Part shown: positions 40,074 through 53,594 of the stretch, piece after piece
Layout of the letters: every line of letters starts with the position of its first letter
Position numbering within the stretch: the stretch's first letter is position 1
NCBI RefSeq assembly: GCF_054482525.1
Contig: NZ_CM137006.1
DNA: 64,000 bases
Direction: 5' to 3' (one strand)
Translations under genes and position numbers: made by a program
Notes under the pieces: generated by a model
What the model was told of the DNA's origin: nothing
What the model saw: only the letters and a program-made list of their open reading frames with translations
Database searches by the model: none

Positions 40074-41735
40074 ATGATTAACCGTATCCGCGTAGTCACG
40101 CTGTTGGTAATGGTGCTGGGGGTATTCGCACTGTTACCGCTTATTTCCGGCAGTCTGTTTTTTTCTTCCCTTCACCATAGCCAGAAGAGCTTTGTGGTTT
40201 CCAATCAATTACGGGAACAGCAGGGCGAGCTGACGTCAACCTGGGATTTAATGCTGCAAACGCGCATTAACCTGAGTCGTTCAGCGGTACGGATGATGAT
40301 GGATTCCTCAAATCAACAAAGTAACGCCAAAGTTGAATTACTCGATAGCGCCAGGAAAACATTGGCCCAGGCAGCGACGCATTATAAAAAATTCAAAAGC
40401 ATGGCACCGTTACCTGAAATGGTCGCTACCAGTCGTAATATTGATGAAAAATATAAAAACTATCACACAGCGTTAACTGAACTGATTGATTATCTTGATT
40501 ATGGCAATACTGGAGCTTATTTCGCTCAGCCAACCCAGGGAATGCAAAATGCAATGGGCGAAGCGTTTGCTCAGTACGCCCTCAGCAGTGAAAAACTGTA
40601 TCGCGATATCGTCACTGACAACGCAGATGATTACCGATTTGCCCAGTGGCAACTGGCGGTTATCGCGCTGGTGGTGGTATTGATTCTGCTGGTGGCGTGG
40701 TACGGCATTCGCCGTATGTTGCTTACACCGCTGGCAAAAATTATTGCTCACATTCGCGAAATCGCCAGTGGTAACCTGGCGAATACCCTGACCATTGACG
40801 GGCGCAGTGAAATGGGCGACCTGGCGCAGAGCGTTTCACATATGCAACGCTCTTTGACTGACACCGTCACTCATGTGCGTGAAGGTTCAGATGCCATCTA
40901 TGCCGGTACCCGTGAAATTGCGGCGGGCAACACCGATCTTTCCTCCCGTACTGAACAGCAGGCATCTGCGCTGGAAGAAACTGCCGCCAGCATGGAGCAG
41001 CTCACCGCGACAGTGAAGCAAAACGCCGATAACGCCCGCCAGGCCTCGCAACTGGCGCAAAGTGCCTCCGATACTGCCCAGCATGGCGGAAAAGTAGTGG
41101 ATGGTGTAGTGAAAACGATGCATGAGATCGCCGATAGTTCGAAGAAAATTGCCGACATTATCAGCGTTATCGATGGTATTGCCTTCCAGACTAATATCCT
41201 CGCGTTGAATGCCGCTGTTGAAGCCGCGCGTGCGGGTGAACAGGGCCGTGGTTTTGCCGTGGTGGCGGGCGAAGTGCGTAATCTTGCCAGTCGCAGCGCC
41301 CAGGCGGCAAAAGAGATCAAAGCCCTCATTGAAGACTCCGTCTCGCGCGTTGATACCGGTTCGGTGCTGGTCGAAAGCGCCGGGGAAACAATGAACAATA
41401 TCGTCAATGCTGTCACTCGCGTGACTGACATTATGGGCGAGATTGCATCGGCATCGGATGAACAGAGCCGTGGCATCGATCAAGTCGCATTGGCGGTTTC
41501 GGAAATGGATCGCGTCACGCAACAGAACGCATCGCTGGTGCAGGAATCAGCTGCCGCCGCAGCTGCGCTGGAAGAACAGGCCAGTCGTTTAACGCAAGCG
41601 GTTTCCGCGTTCCGTCTGGCAGCCAGCCCACTCACCAATAAACCGCAAACACCATCCCGTCCTGCCAGTGAGCAACCACCGGCACAGCCACGACTGCGAA
41701 TTACTGAACAAGATCCAAACTGGGAAACATTTTGA
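40074..41735 (+). CDS. tar: Methyl-accepting chemotaxis protein II (aspartate/maltose receptor) Tar
   Basis: [21 protein letters not shown]..., HAMP + MCP signalling domain, C-terminal NWETF pentapeptide; 553 aa. Confidence 0.95.
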   Translation: MINRIRVVTLLVMVLGVFALLPLISGSLFFSSLHHSQKSFVVSNQLREQQGELTSTWDLMLQTRINLSRSAVRMMMDSSNQQSNAKVELLDSARKTLAQAATHYKKFKSMAPLPEMVATSRNIDEKYKNYHTALTELIDYLDYGNTGAYFAQPTQGMQNAMGEAFAQYALSSEKLYRDIVTDNADDYRFAQWQLAVIALVVVLILLVAWYGIRRMLLTPLAKIIAHIREIASGNLANTLTIDGRSEMGDLAQSVSHMQRSLTDTVTHVREGSDAIYAGTREIAAGNTDLSSRTEQQASALEETAASMEQLTATVKQNADNARQASQLAQSASDTAQHGGKVVDGVVKTMHEIADSSKKIADIISVIDGIAFQTNILALNAAVEAARAGEQGRGFAVVAGEVRNLASRSAQAAKEIKALIEDSVSRVDTGSVLVESAGETMNNIVNAVTRVTDIMGEIASASDEQSRGIDQVALAVSEMDRVTQQNASLVQESAAAAAALEEQASRLTQAVSAFRLAASPLTNKPQTPSRPASEQPPAQPRLRITEQDPNWETF

Positions 41736-41780
41736 CGAGTATCTACTAACGCGGTCATTGCCGCCTGATGGGGAGCGTTG

Positions 41781-43382
41781 ATGTTTAATCGTATTCGAAT
41801 TTCGACCACGCTGTTTTTAATTTTGATTCTCTGCGGGATCTTGCAGATTGGCAGTAACGGCATGTCTTTTTGGGCATTTCGCGACGATTTGCAACGACTG
41901 AATCAGGTCGAGCAGAGCAATCAGCAACGTGCGGCATTAGCGCAAACTCGGGCGGTAATGTTACAGGCCAGTACCGCGCTGAACAAAGCGGGCACTCTGA
42001 CGGCGCTTAGCTATCCGGCGGATGACATTAAAACGTTGATGACGACGGCGCGCGCCAGTCTGACGCAATCCACCACGCTGTTTAAAAGTTTTATGGCGAT
42101 GACTGCGGGCAACGAGCACGTCAGGGCCTTTCAAAAAGAGACGGAGAAAAGTTTTGCCCGCTGGCACAACGATCTCGAACATCAGGCGACCTGGCTTGAA
42201 AGTAATCAACTTTCGGATTTCCTCACTGCGCCGGTGCAGGAATCACAGAATGCGTTTGACGTTAACTTTGAGGCCTGGCAGCTGGAGATCAACCATGTGC
42301 TGGAAACTGCCAGTGCGCAAAGCCAGCGTAACTATCACATTTCGGCGCTGGTGTTTATCAGCATGATTATTGTTGCAGCGCTCTACATCAGCAGTGCGCT
42401 GTGGTGGACGCGCAAGATGATTGTTCAACCACTGGCCATCATCGGTAGCCATTTTGACAGCATTGCTGCGGGTAATCTGGCGCGTCCGATTGCGGTGTAT
42501 GGTCGCAATGAGATCACCGCCATTTTTGCCAGTCTGAAAACCATGCAGCAGGCTTTGCGTGGGACGGTAAGTGATGTGCGTAAGGGAAGCCAGGAGATGC
42601 ACATTGGTATCGCGGAGATTGTCGCAGGCAATAACGATCTCTCAAGTCGTACCGAACAGCAGGCGGCATCGCTGGCACAAACGGCCGCCAGTATGGAGCA
42701 ATTAACCGCCACGGTAGGGCAAAACGCCGATAACGCGCGCCAGGCGTCGGAACTGGCAAAAAATGCCGCGACAACGGCGCAGGCGGGCGGTGTTCAGGTC
42801 AGTACCATGACTCACACCATGCAGGAGATCGCCACCAGCTCGCAAAAAATTGGCGACATTATCAGCGTTATCGACGGCATTGCTTTCCAGACCAATATTC
42901 TGGCCCTGAATGCGGCAGTGGAAGCGGCTCGCGCCGGAGAGCAGGGGCGTGGTTTTGCGGTAGTGGCAGGTGAAGTGCGCAATCTTGCCAGCCGTAGCGC
43001 GCAGGCAGCAAAAGAGATCAAAGGGCTGATCGAAGAGTCAGTCAATCGTGTCCAGCAGGGTTCGAAACTGGTGAATAACGCCGCCGCGACCATGACTGAT
43101 ATTGTCAGTTCGGTGACCCGCGTGAACGACATTATGGGAGAAATTGCTTCGGCCTCGGAAGAACAACGGCGGGGGATTGAGCAGGTTGCGCAGGTTGTCA
43201 GCCAGATGGATCAGGTGACACAGCAGAACGCCTCCCTGGTAGAAGAAGCGGCGGTGGCAACGGAACAACTGGCGAATCAGGCCGACCATCTTTCTTCGCG
43301 CGTGGCGGTATTTACCCTTGAAGAACATGAAGTAGCACGACATGAGTCGGCGCAGTTACAAATTGCGCCAGTGGTATCCTGA
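41781..43382 (+). CDS. tap: Methyl-accepting chemotaxis protein IV (dipeptide/pyrimidine receptor) Tap
   Basis: MFNRIRISTTLFLILILCGILQIG..., MCP domain paralogous to Tar, no NWETF; 533 aa. Confidence 0.95.
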   Translation: MFNRIRISTTLFLILILCGILQIGSNGMSFWAFRDDLQRLNQVEQSNQQRAALAQTRAVMLQASTALNKAGTLTALSYPADDIKTLMTTARASLTQSTTLFKSFMAMTAGNEHVRAFQKETEKSFARWHNDLEHQATWLESNQLSDFLTAPVQESQNAFDVNFEAWQLEINHVLETASAQSQRNYHISALVFISMIIVAALYISSALWWTRKMIVQPLAIIGSHFDSIAAGNLARPIAVYGRNEITAIFASLKTMQQALRGTVSDVRKGSQEMHIGIAEIVAGNNDLSSRTEQQAASLAQTAASMEQLTATVGQNADNARQASELAKNAATTAQAGGVQVSTMTHTMQEIATSSQKIGDIISVIDGIAFQTNILALNAAVEAARAGEQGRGFAVVAGEVRNLASRSAQAAKEIKGLIEESVNRVQQGSKLVNNAAATMTDIVSSVTRVNDIMGEIASASEEQRRGIEQVAQVVSQMDQVTQQNASLVEEAAVATEQLANQADHLSSRVAVFTLEEHEVARHESAQLQIAPVVS

Positions 43383-43400
43383 AGTGATTGAGAAGGCGCT

Positions 43401-44261
43401 ATGACTTCATCTCTGCCCTGTGGGCAAACGTCTTTATTGTTACAGATGACCGAGCGCCTGGCGCTTTCCGACGCGCATTTTCGGCGGATAAGTCAATTGA
43501 TCTATCAACGAGCCGGGATCGTTCTGGCTGACCATAAACGCGACATGGTTTACAACCGACTGGTTCGTCGTTTGCGTTCGCTGGGACTGACGGATTTCGG
43601 CCATTACTTGAACTTGCTGGAATCTAACCAGCACAGCGGTGAGTGGCAGGCGTTTATCAATTCGCTGACCACGAATCTGACGGCATTTTTCCGTGAGGCG
43701 CATCATTTTCCTCTGCTCGCGGATCACGCACGTCGCCGTTCTGGCGAGTATCGCGTATGGAGCGCGGCGGCTTCGACCGGCGAAGAGCCGTACAGCATTG
43801 CGATGACGCTGGCTGACACATTGGGCACCGTGCCCGGACGCTGGAAAGTGTTTGCCAGTGATATCGACACCGAAGTGCTGGAAAAAGCCAGAAGCGGTAT
43901 TTATCGCCATGAAGAGTTGAAAAACCTGACGCCGCAGCAACTGCAACGGTATTTCATGCGAGGGACGGGACCGCATGAAGGGCTGGTACGCGTGCGTCAG
44001 GAGCTGGCGAACTATGTTGATTTTGCCCCGCTGAATTTACTGGCGAAACAGTACACCGTGCCGGGGCCGTTTGATGCGATCTTCTGTCGTAACGTCATGA
44101 TCTACTTCGATCAAACTACCCAGCAGGAGATTTTGCGCCGCTTTGTTCCGCTCCTTAAACCCGACGGATTGCTGTTTGCGGGTCACTCTGAAAACTTTAG
44201 CCACCTTGAGCGCCGCTTCACGCTGCGTGGTCAGACGGTGTATGCGCTAAGTAAGGATTAA
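43401..44261 (+). CDS. cheR: Chemotaxis methyltransferase CheR
   Basis: 286-aa [57 protein letters not shown]... Confidence 0.95.
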   Translation: MTSSLPCGQTSLLLQMTERLALSDAHFRRISQLIYQRAGIVLADHKRDMVYNRLVRRLRSLGLTDFGHYLNLLESNQHSGEWQAFINSLTTNLTAFFREAHHFPLLADHARRRSGEYRVWSAAASTGEEPYSIAMTLADTLGTVPGRWKVFASDIDTEVLEKARSGIYRHEELKNLTPQQLQRYFMRGTGPHEGLVRVRQELANYVDFAPLNLLAKQYTVPGPFDAIFCRNVMIYFDQTTQQEILRRFVPLLKPDGLLFAGHSENFSHLERRFTLRGQTVYALSKD

Positions 44262-44263
44262 CG

Positions 44264-45717
<1,454 letters not shown>

Positions 45718-45727
45718 GGATGCGACT

Positions 45728-46372
45728 ATGATGCAACCATCAATCAAACCTGCTGACGAGCATTCAGCTGGCGATATCATTGCGCGCATCGGCAGCCTGA
45801 CGCGTATGCTGCGCGACAGTTTGCGGGAACTGGGACTGGATCAGGCCATTGCGGAAGCGGCGGAAGCCATCCCCGATGCGCGCGATCGTTTGTACTATGT
45901 TGTGCAGATGACCGCCCAGGCTGCGGAGCGGGCGCTGAACAGTGTTGAGGCGTCACAACCGCATCAGGATCAAATGGAGAAATCAGCAAAAGCGTTAACC
46001 CAACGTTGGGATGACTGGTTTGCCGATCCGATTGATCTTGCCGACGCCCGTGAATTGGTAACAGACACGCGGCAATTTCTGGCAGATGTACCCGCGCATA
46101 CCAGCTTTACAAACGCGCAACTGCTGGAAATCATGATGGCGCAGGATTTTCAGGATCTCACCGGACAGGTTATTAAGCGGATGATGGATGTCATTCAGGA
46201 GATCGAACGCCAGTTGTTGATGGTGCTGTTGGAAAACATCCCGGAACAGGAGTCGCGTCCAAAACGTGAAAACCAGAGTTTGCTTAATGGACCTCAGGTC
46301 GATACCAGCAAAGCCGGTGTGGTAGCCAGTCAGGATCAGGTGGACGATTTGTTGGATAGTCTTGGATTTTGA
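45728..46372 (+). CDS. cheZ: CheY-P phosphatase CheZ
   Basis: [39 protein letters not shown]...; 214 aa from internal start of ORF 45698..46372. Confidence 0.93.
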
Positions 46373-46378
46373 TTTGTA

Positions 46379-46445
46379 TTGCCTGATGTGGCGTGACTAC
46401 GTCATATCAGGCGGTCGGATAACGCGATGACGCCGCATCCGACAA
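46379..46445. repeat. REP-like palindromic element downstream of cheZ
   Basis: gcctgatgtggcgtgactacgtcatatcaggcggtcggataacgcgatgacgccgcatccgaca. Confidence 0.6.
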
Positions 46446-46573
46446 ACGCATACTATGCTTGATGTGTGGCAGCAAAAGCCCTAAATCCCGCCTGTTTTGC
46501 CCCTTACTCAAACCATTGAACGCTTTGCGCTCTGGCATCATTTACGCTTAATACTCTTTCCAGGATTGGCGAC

Positions 46574-47722
46574 GTGTCTGACGAGAGCGACGACAAAACA
46601 GAAGCCCCCACACCTCACCGACTAGAAAAAGCGCGGGAAGAGGGGCAAATCCCGCGTTCCCGTGAACTGACTTCACTGCTGATTTTGCTGGTGGGCGTTA
46701 GTGTTATCTGGTTTGGCGGTGTGTCGCTGGCCCGTCGATTGTCGGGCATGCTCTCCGCGGGATTGCATTTTGATCACAGCATCATCAATGACCCGAATCT
46801 GATCCTCGGGCAAATTATTCTGCTGATCAGAGAAGCCATGCTGGCGCTGCTGCCGCTGATTAGCGGTGTGGTGCTGGTGGCGCTTATTTCTCCGGTGATG
46901 CTGGGAGGGCTGGTATTTAGCGGCAAATCCTTGCAGCCGAAGTTTTCCAAACTCAACCCGCTACCGGGCATTAAACGGATGTTCTCGGCACAGACTGGCG
47001 CGGAGTTGCTTAAGGCAATTTTGAAAACCATCCTGGTTGGCAGCGTGACGGGGTTTTTTCTCTGGCATCACTGGCCGCAGATGATGCGCTTAATGGCCGA
47101 GTCTCCGATTACCGCCATGGGTAATGCGATGGATCTGGTAGGGCTATGCGCGCTGCTGGTGGTGCTTGGTGTCATTCCAATGGTGGGATTTGACGTCTTT
47201 TTCCAAATCTTCAGCCACCTGAAAAAGCTGCGAATGTCGCGGCAGGATATTCGTGATGAGTTCAAACAAAGCGAAGGCGACCCTCATGTTAAAGGGCGGA
47301 TCCGTCAGATGCAGCGAGCTGCTGCACGGCGTCGGATGATGGCCGATGTGCCGAAAGCGGATGTCATTGTCAATAACCCGACCCACTATTCGGTAGCGTT
47401 GCAGTATGACGAAAACAAAATGAGCGCACCGAAAGTGGTCGCTAAAGGTGCAGGACTGGTCGCGCTGCGCATTCGTGAAATTGGCGCTGAAAATAACGTC
47501 CCGACGCTTGAAGCGCCGCCGCTGGCGCGTGCGCTGTATCGACATGCGGAGATCGGTCAACAAATCCCGGGTCAACTGTACGCCGCGGTGGCGGAAGTGC
47601 TGGCCTGGGTCTGGCAACTGAAACGCTGGCGTCTGGCCGGTGGACAGCGCCCTGTACAACCTACTCATCTTCCGGTGCCGGAAGCCCTGGATTTTATTAA
47701 CGAGAAACCGACCCATGAGTAA
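46574..47722 (+). CDS. flhB: Flagellar export apparatus protein FlhB
   Basis: GTG start; MSDESDDKTEAPTPHRLEKAREEGQIPRSRELTSLLILLVG..., NPTH autocleavage motif; 382 aa. Confidence 0.95.
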   Translation: MSDESDDKTEAPTPHRLEKAREEGQIPRSRELTSLLILLVGVSVIWFGGVSLARRLSGMLSAGLHFDHSIINDPNLILGQIILLIREAMLALLPLISGVVLVALISPVMLGGLVFSGKSLQPKFSKLNPLPGIKRMFSAQTGAELLKAILKTILVGSVTGFFLWHHWPQMMRLMAESPITAMGNAMDLVGLCALLVVLGVIPMVGFDVFFQIFSHLKKLRMSRQDIRDEFKQSEGDPHVKGRIRQMQRAAARRRMMADVPKADVIVNNPTHYSVALQYDENKMSAPKVVAKGAGLVALRIREIGAENNVPTLEAPPLARALYRHAEIGQQIPGQLYAAVAEVLAWVWQLKRWRLAGGQRPVQPTHLPVPEALDFINEKPTHE

Positions 47723-49793
47723 TCTGGCCGCGATGCTGCGCCTGCCCGCAAACCTGAAATCGACACAATGGCAGATCCTTGCCGGACCGATTTTGATCCT
47801 GCTGATCTTGTCGATGATGGTGCTGCCACTGCCCGCATTCATACTCGACCTGCTGTTTACCTTCAATATTGCCTTGTCGATCATGGTGTTGCTGGTGGCG
47901 ATGTTTACCCAGCGCACGCTTGAGTTTGCTGCGTTTCCGACGATTCTGTTGTTTACCACGTTGTTGCGTCTGGCACTTAATGTGGCTTCAACCCGTATCA
48001 TTTTGATGGAAGGGCATACCGGCGCGGCGGCGGCTGGAAAGGTGGTCGAAGCGTTCGGTCACTTCCTCGTTGGTGGCAATTTCGCTATCGGTATCGTGGT
48101 GTTTGTCATTCTCGTGATCATCAACTTTATGGTCATTACCAAAGGTGCCGGGCGTATCGCAGAAGTAGGTGCGCGCTTTGTTCTCGATGGTATGCCGGGT
48201 AAGCAGATGGCGATTGACGCCGACCTTAACGCCGGATTGATTGGTGAAGATGAGGCGAAAAAACGCCGCTCCGAAGTGACTCAGGAAGCCGACTTTTACG
48301 GCTCAATGGACGGGGCAAGTAAATTTGTTCGTGGTGATGCCATCGCCGGGATCCTCATCATGGTCATTAACGTTGTCGGCGGGTTGCTGGTCGGTGTGCT
48401 GCAACATGGCATGAGCATGGGACACGCGGCGGAAAGTTATACGCTATTGACCATTGGCGACGGTCTGGTGGCACAAATTCCGGCGCTGGTGATTTCTACC
48501 GCCGCCGGGGTCATCGTTACGCGTGTCAGCACCGATCAGGATGTTGGCGAGCAGATGGTGAATCAGCTTTTCAGTAACCCAAGCGTTATGTTGTTAAGCG
48601 CCGCCGTGCTCGGTTTACTCGGCCTGGTACCTGGAATGCCGAACCTGGTATTTTTGCTGTTCACTGCCGGATTGCTGGGGCTGGCCTGGTGGATCCGCGG
48701 ACGCGAACAAAAAGCGCCTGCCGAACCAAAACCGGTAAAAATGGCAGAGAATAATGCCGTTGTCGAAGCGACGTGGAACGATGTACAACTGGAAGATTCT
48801 CTGGGAATGGAAGTGGGTTATCGCCTGATCCCGATGGTCGATTTCCAGCAGGATGGTGAGTTGCTGGGCCGTATACGCAGTATTCGCAAGAAATTTGCCC
48901 AGGAGATGGGGTTTCTGCCGCCGGTGGTGCACATTCGCGACAATATGGATCTGCAACCTGCCCGCTATCGCATTTTGATGAAAGGCGTGGAGATAGGCAG
49001 TGGTGATGCTTATCCGGGGCGTTGGTTGGCGATTAACCCTGGTACCGCTGCCGGGACGTTACCTGGTGAGGCGACCGTCGATCCGGCATTTGGCCTGAAT
49101 GCTATCTGGATTGAAAGTGCGCTTAAAGAACAGGCGCAGATTCAGGGGTACACCGTGGTTGAGGCCAGCACGGTGGTGGCAACGCATCTTAACCACCTCA
49201 TTAGCCAGCATGCCGCAGAGCTGTTTGGTCGTCAGGAGGCGCAACAGTTGCTGGATCGCGTCGCCCAGGAGATGCCAAAGCTGACGGAAGATCTCGTTCC
49301 TGGCGTCGTCACGCTCACCACACTGCATAAAGTGCTGCAAAATCTGCTCGATGAAAAAGTGCCGATTCGCGATATGCGCACCATTCTCGAAACGCTGGCG
49401 GAACATGCGCCCATTCAGAGCGATCCACATGAATTAACCGCCGTCGTGCGCGTGGCGTTGGGACGGGCGATTACCCAGCAGTGGTTTCCTGGCAAAGATG
49501 AAGTCCATGTTATTGGCCTTGATACGCCGCTGGAACGTTTGTTACTACAGGCGTTGCAGGGTGGGGGCGGACTGGAGCCAGGGCTGGCGGATCGTTTGCT
49601 GGCGCAAACTCAGGAAGCGCTATCCCGTCAGGAGATGTTGGGTGCGCCGCCAGTATTGTTGGTGAACCACGCGCTGCGACCATTATTGTCTCGTTTCCTG
49701 CGCCGCAGCTTGCCGCAGTTAGTGGTGCTGTCGAATCTGGAACTATCTGATAACCGACATATCCGCATGACGGCGACAATTGGCGGTAAATGA
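47715..49793 (+). CDS. flhA: Flagellar export apparatus protein FlhA
   Basis: MSNLAAMLRLPANLKSTQWQILAGPILILLILSMMVLPLPAF...; 692 aa from internal start; overlaps flhB 3' end by 8 nt. Confidence 0.95.
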   Translation: MSNLAAMLRLPANLKSTQWQILAGPILILLILSMMVLPLPAFILDLLFTFNIALSIMVLLVAMFTQRTLEFAAFPTILLFTTLLRLALNVASTRIILMEGHTGAAAAGKVVEAFGHFLVGGNFAIGIVVFVILVIINFMVITKGAGRIAEVGARFVLDGMPGKQMAIDADLNAGLIGEDEAKKRRSEVTQEADFYGSMDGASKFVRGDAIAGILIMVINVVGGLLVGVLQHGMSMGHAAESYTLLTIGDGLVAQIPALVISTAAGVIVTRVSTDQDVGEQMVNQLFSNPSVMLLSAAVLGLLGLVPGMPNLVFLLFTAGLLGLAWWIRGREQKAPAEPKPVKMAENNAVVEATWNDVQLEDSLGMEVGYRLIPMVDFQQDGELLGRIRSIRKKFAQEMGFLPPVVHIRDNMDLQPARYRILMKGVEIGSGDAYPGRWLAINPGTAAGTLPGEATVDPAFGLNAIWIESALKEQAQIQGYTVVEASTVVATHLNHLISQHAAELFGRQEAQQLLDRVAQEMPKLTEDLVPGVVTLTTLHKVLQNLLDEKVPIRDMRTILETLAEHAPIQSDPHELTAVVRVALGRAITQQWFPGKDEVHVIGLDTPLERLLLQALQGGGGLEPGLADRLLAQTQEALSRQEMLGAPPVLLVNHALRPLLSRFLRRSLPQLVVLSNLELSDNRHIRMTATIGGK

Positions 49794-50185
49794 TGAGAAC
49801 CTTATTAGCAATATTATTGTTTCCGCTGCTGGTGCAAGCCGCCGGGGAGGGGATGTGGCAGGCGAGTAGTGTGGGCGTTACGCTGAATCACCGTGGTGAG
49901 TCGATGTCGTCAGCGCCTCTTTCTACGCGACAACCTGCTGCAGGATTGATGACGCTGGTGGCGTGGCGTTATCAGCTTATCGGCCCGACACCTGCAGGAC
50001 TGCGGGTTCGCTTGTGTTCACAATCTCGTTGTGTCGAATTAGAAGGGCAGAGTGGAAACACCGTGGCCTTTTCCGGTATACCGGCGATAGAACCGTTGCG
50101 ATTTATCTGGGAAGTGCCTGGCGGTGGGCGGTTAATTCCGCCGCTAAAGGTACAACGGAATGAAGTGATTGTGAATTATCGTTAA
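49793..50185 (+). CDS. flhE: Flagellar protein FlhE
   Basis: MRTLLAILLFPLLVQAAGEG signal peptide; 130 aa; start overlaps flhA stop. Confidence 0.9.
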   Translation: MRTLLAILLFPLLVQAAGEGMWQASSVGVTLNHRGESMSSAPLSTRQPAAGLMTLVAWRYQLIGPTPAGLRVRLCSQSRCVELEGQSGNTVAFSGIPAIEPLRFIWEVPGGGRLIPPLKVQRNEVIVNYR

Positions 50186-50189
50186 TGAT

Positions 50190-50226
50190 AAAAAAGCCGA
50201 TGTCTGCCATGACATCGGCTTTTGCC
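50190..50226. terminator. Bidirectional intrinsic terminator shared by flhE and argS (convergent)
   Basis: aaaaaagccgatgtctgccatgacatcggcttttgcc. Confidence 0.8.
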
Positions 50227-50237
50227 GTATAACGCGA

Positions 50238-51971
50238 TTACATACGCTCTACTGTCTCAATACCCAGCGTATCCAGACCCAGTTTCAGCGTCTTCGCCGT
50301 CAGTTGTGCCAGTTTCAGACGGCTGTTACGCACTTCTTCGTTTTCTGCGCTGAGGATCGGGCAGTGCTCGTAGAAGCCAGAGAACAGACCAGCCAGATCG
50401 TACAGGTAAGCACACATCACATGCGGTGTGCCTTCACGGGCAACCACGGTGAGGGTTTCTTCAAACTGCAGCAGGCGAGCTGCCAGTTGCGCTTCACGAT
50501 CTTCACGGATGATTACCGGAGCTGCAGCCAGTTGCTCTTCGTTAATTTCTGCTTTACGGAACACGGACAATACACGCGTGTAAGCATACTGCATGTATGG
50601 CGCGGTATTACCCTCAAACGCCAGCATGTTGTCCCAGTCGAAGATGTAGTCGGTAGTGCGGTTTTTGGAGAGATCCGCATATTTCACCGCACCAATACCA
50701 ACCGCGTTAGCCAGTTTTTCCAGCTCGTCAGCTGGCATGTCCGGGTTTTTCTCTGCCACCAGACGGCGTGCGCGTTCCAGGGCTTCATCCAGCAGATCGG
50801 CCAGTTTCACTGTACCGCCCGCGCGGGTTTTGAACGGTTTGCCGTCTTTACCCAGCATCATGCCGAACATGTGGTGTTCCAGCGGTACGGATTCCGGTAC
50901 ATAGCCTGCTTTGCGGACGATCGCCCACGCCTGCATCAGGTGTTGATGCTGACGGGAGTCGATGTAATACAGCACGCGATCGGCATGCAGTGTTTCATAA
51001 CGATATTTCGCACAGGCGATATCAGTGGTGGTGTAGAGATAGCCACCATCTTTCTTCTGAATGATCACGCCCATCGGTTCGCCTTCCTTGTTTTTGAACT
51101 CATCAAGGAATACGACGGTCGCGCCTTCGCTTTCTACTGCGAGACCTTTGGCTTTGAGATCTGCCACGATACCCGGCAGCATCGGGTTATAGAGGCTTTC
51201 GCCCATCACGTCATCACGGGTCAGCGTCACGTTGAGACGATCGTAGGTGATCTGGTTCTGCGTCATGGTGATGTCGACCAGTTTGCGCCACATCTCGCGG
51301 AAATATTCGTCACCGCTTTGCAGTTTTACCACGTAGTTACGTGCACGCTCGGCAAACTCTTCATCTTCATCGTAATGCTTTTTCGCATCGCGGTAGAAAC
51401 CTTCAAGGTCAGCCAGCTCCATTTCACCGGCGTTTTCCTGCTGCTGCTTTTCCAGCCATGCAATCAGCATACCGAACTGAGTGCCCCAGTCGCCGACGTG
51501 GTTTGCGCGAATCACTTTGTGACCGAGGAACTCCAGAGTACGAACTGCTGCGTCACCAATAATGGTAGAGCGCAGGTGACCAACGTGCATCTCTTTCGCC
51601 ACGTTTGGTGCAGAGTAGTCAACCACAATGGTCTGTTTTTCTGGCGTAGCAACACCGAGACGATCGGACGCCAGCGCCTGCTGAACATGTTCAGCCAGGA
51701 ATGCCGGATCAAGGAAAATGTTGATAAAGCCAGGACCCGCGATCTCAACTTTGCTGGCGATACCGTTAAGATCCAGATGAGTCAGCACCTGCTCTGCTAA
51801 TTGTCGCGGTGCCATACCCAGTTTTTTAGCAACTGCCATCATGCCGTTAGCCTGATAGTCGCCGAACTGAACTTTTGCTGACTGACGAACCTGCGGTTCG
51901 CAATCCGCAGGCGCGCCTGCCGCAATCATGGCCTGACGGACTTTTTCTGAGAGAAGAGCCTGAATATTCAC
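50238..51971 (-). CDS. argS: Arginine--tRNA ligase
   Basis: 577-aa [48 protein letters not shown]..., class I HIGH-type motif ([12 protein letters not shown]). Confidence 0.97.
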
Positions 51972-52186
51972 CGGAATACCTTACATTGATGAAGCGAGCA
52001 AAAATTGCCCGCACCAGTTAAAGAAATTAGGGCGGGAGTATACTGCAAATGGCTGTTTTCGTCAGCAACGTGCGCGTGGCGTATTGCCGTTTTCACTATT
52101 GCATCAGAAGCGGCGTGAAATCAGCGGTTGGTTGGCGCAGGGCAACAGGGTAAATTAACGCTTTTACTGAAAGACGAAGAGTGATT

Positions 52187-52753
52187 ATGGCGAACTGGCA
52201 ATCTATCGACGAGCTGCAGGATATTGCATCGGATTTACCGCGATTTACCCACGCATTAGATGAACTTTCCCGCCGTCTGGGGTTGGATATCACTCCGCTG
52301 ACTGCCGATCACATTTCTTTGCGTTGCCATCAAAACGCCACTGCTGAGCGCTGGCGTCGCGGGTTTGAACAGTGCGGCGAGCTTTTGTCAGAAAATATGA
52401 TCAATGGCAGGCCGATTTGTCTGTTTAAATTGCATGAACCGGTACAGGTTGCGCACTGGCAGTTTTCCATTGTGGAGCTACCGTGGCCCGGGGAAAAACG
52501 TTACCCGCACGAAGGTTGGGAACATATTGAAATCGTTCTGCCGGGTGATCCAGAAACGCTGAATGCCCGTGCGCTGGCATTGCTTTCTGATGAAGGACTC
52601 AGCCTGCCGGGGATCTCAGTTAAAACCAGTTCGCCAAAAGGTGAGCATGAGCGATTACCGAATCCGACGCTGGCGGTCACCGATGGCAAAACGACCATTA
52701 AATTTCATCCGTGGTCCATTGAAGAGATCGTTGCCAGCGAGCAGTCGGCGTAA
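52187..52753 (+). CDS. yecM: Protein YecM (VOC-fold)
   Basis: MANWQSIDELQDIASDLPRFTHALDELSRRLGLD...; 188 aa. Confidence 0.88.
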   Translation: MANWQSIDELQDIASDLPRFTHALDELSRRLGLDITPLTADHISLRCHQNATAERWRRGFEQCGELLSENMINGRPICLFKLHEPVQVAHWQFSIVELPWPGEKRYPHEGWEHIEIVLPGDPETLNARALALLSDEGLSLPGISVKTSSPKGEHERLPNPTLAVTDGKTTIKFHPWSIEEIVASEQSA

Positions 52754-52757
52754 TTGA

Positions 52758-53513
<756 letters not shown>

Positions 53514-53556
53514 TTTTTACCGTTGCATCATGTCGCCCAATATGATGCTTGCTCGT

Positions 53557-53594
53557 ACCAGGCCCCTGCAATTTCAACAGGGGCCTTTTTTTAT
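53557..53594 (+). terminator. Rho-independent terminator after cutC
   Basis: accaggcccctgcaatttcaacaggggcctttttttat. Confidence 0.8.

Noticed and set aside
40887-41522. Antisense ORFs (211 and 192 aa) inside tar, with similar ones inside tap (42243..43343)
   Set aside because: They mirror the Ala/Gln-rich coiled-coil coding region of the chemoreceptor signalling domain, so the reverse frame lacks stops; not independent genes.
47144-48001. 285-aa ORF on the - strand spanning the flhB/flhA junction
   Set aside because: Antisense to two conserved, overlapping flagellar export genes; no start context or homology.
50304-51800. 498-aa ORF on the + strand, fully antisense to argS
   Set aside because: Lies entirely inside argS on the opposite strand and the translation is low-complexity with no recognisable domain. 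Long antisense ORFs are expected in codon-biased, highly expressed genes where the complements of stop codons are rare. No promoter or RBS evidence.
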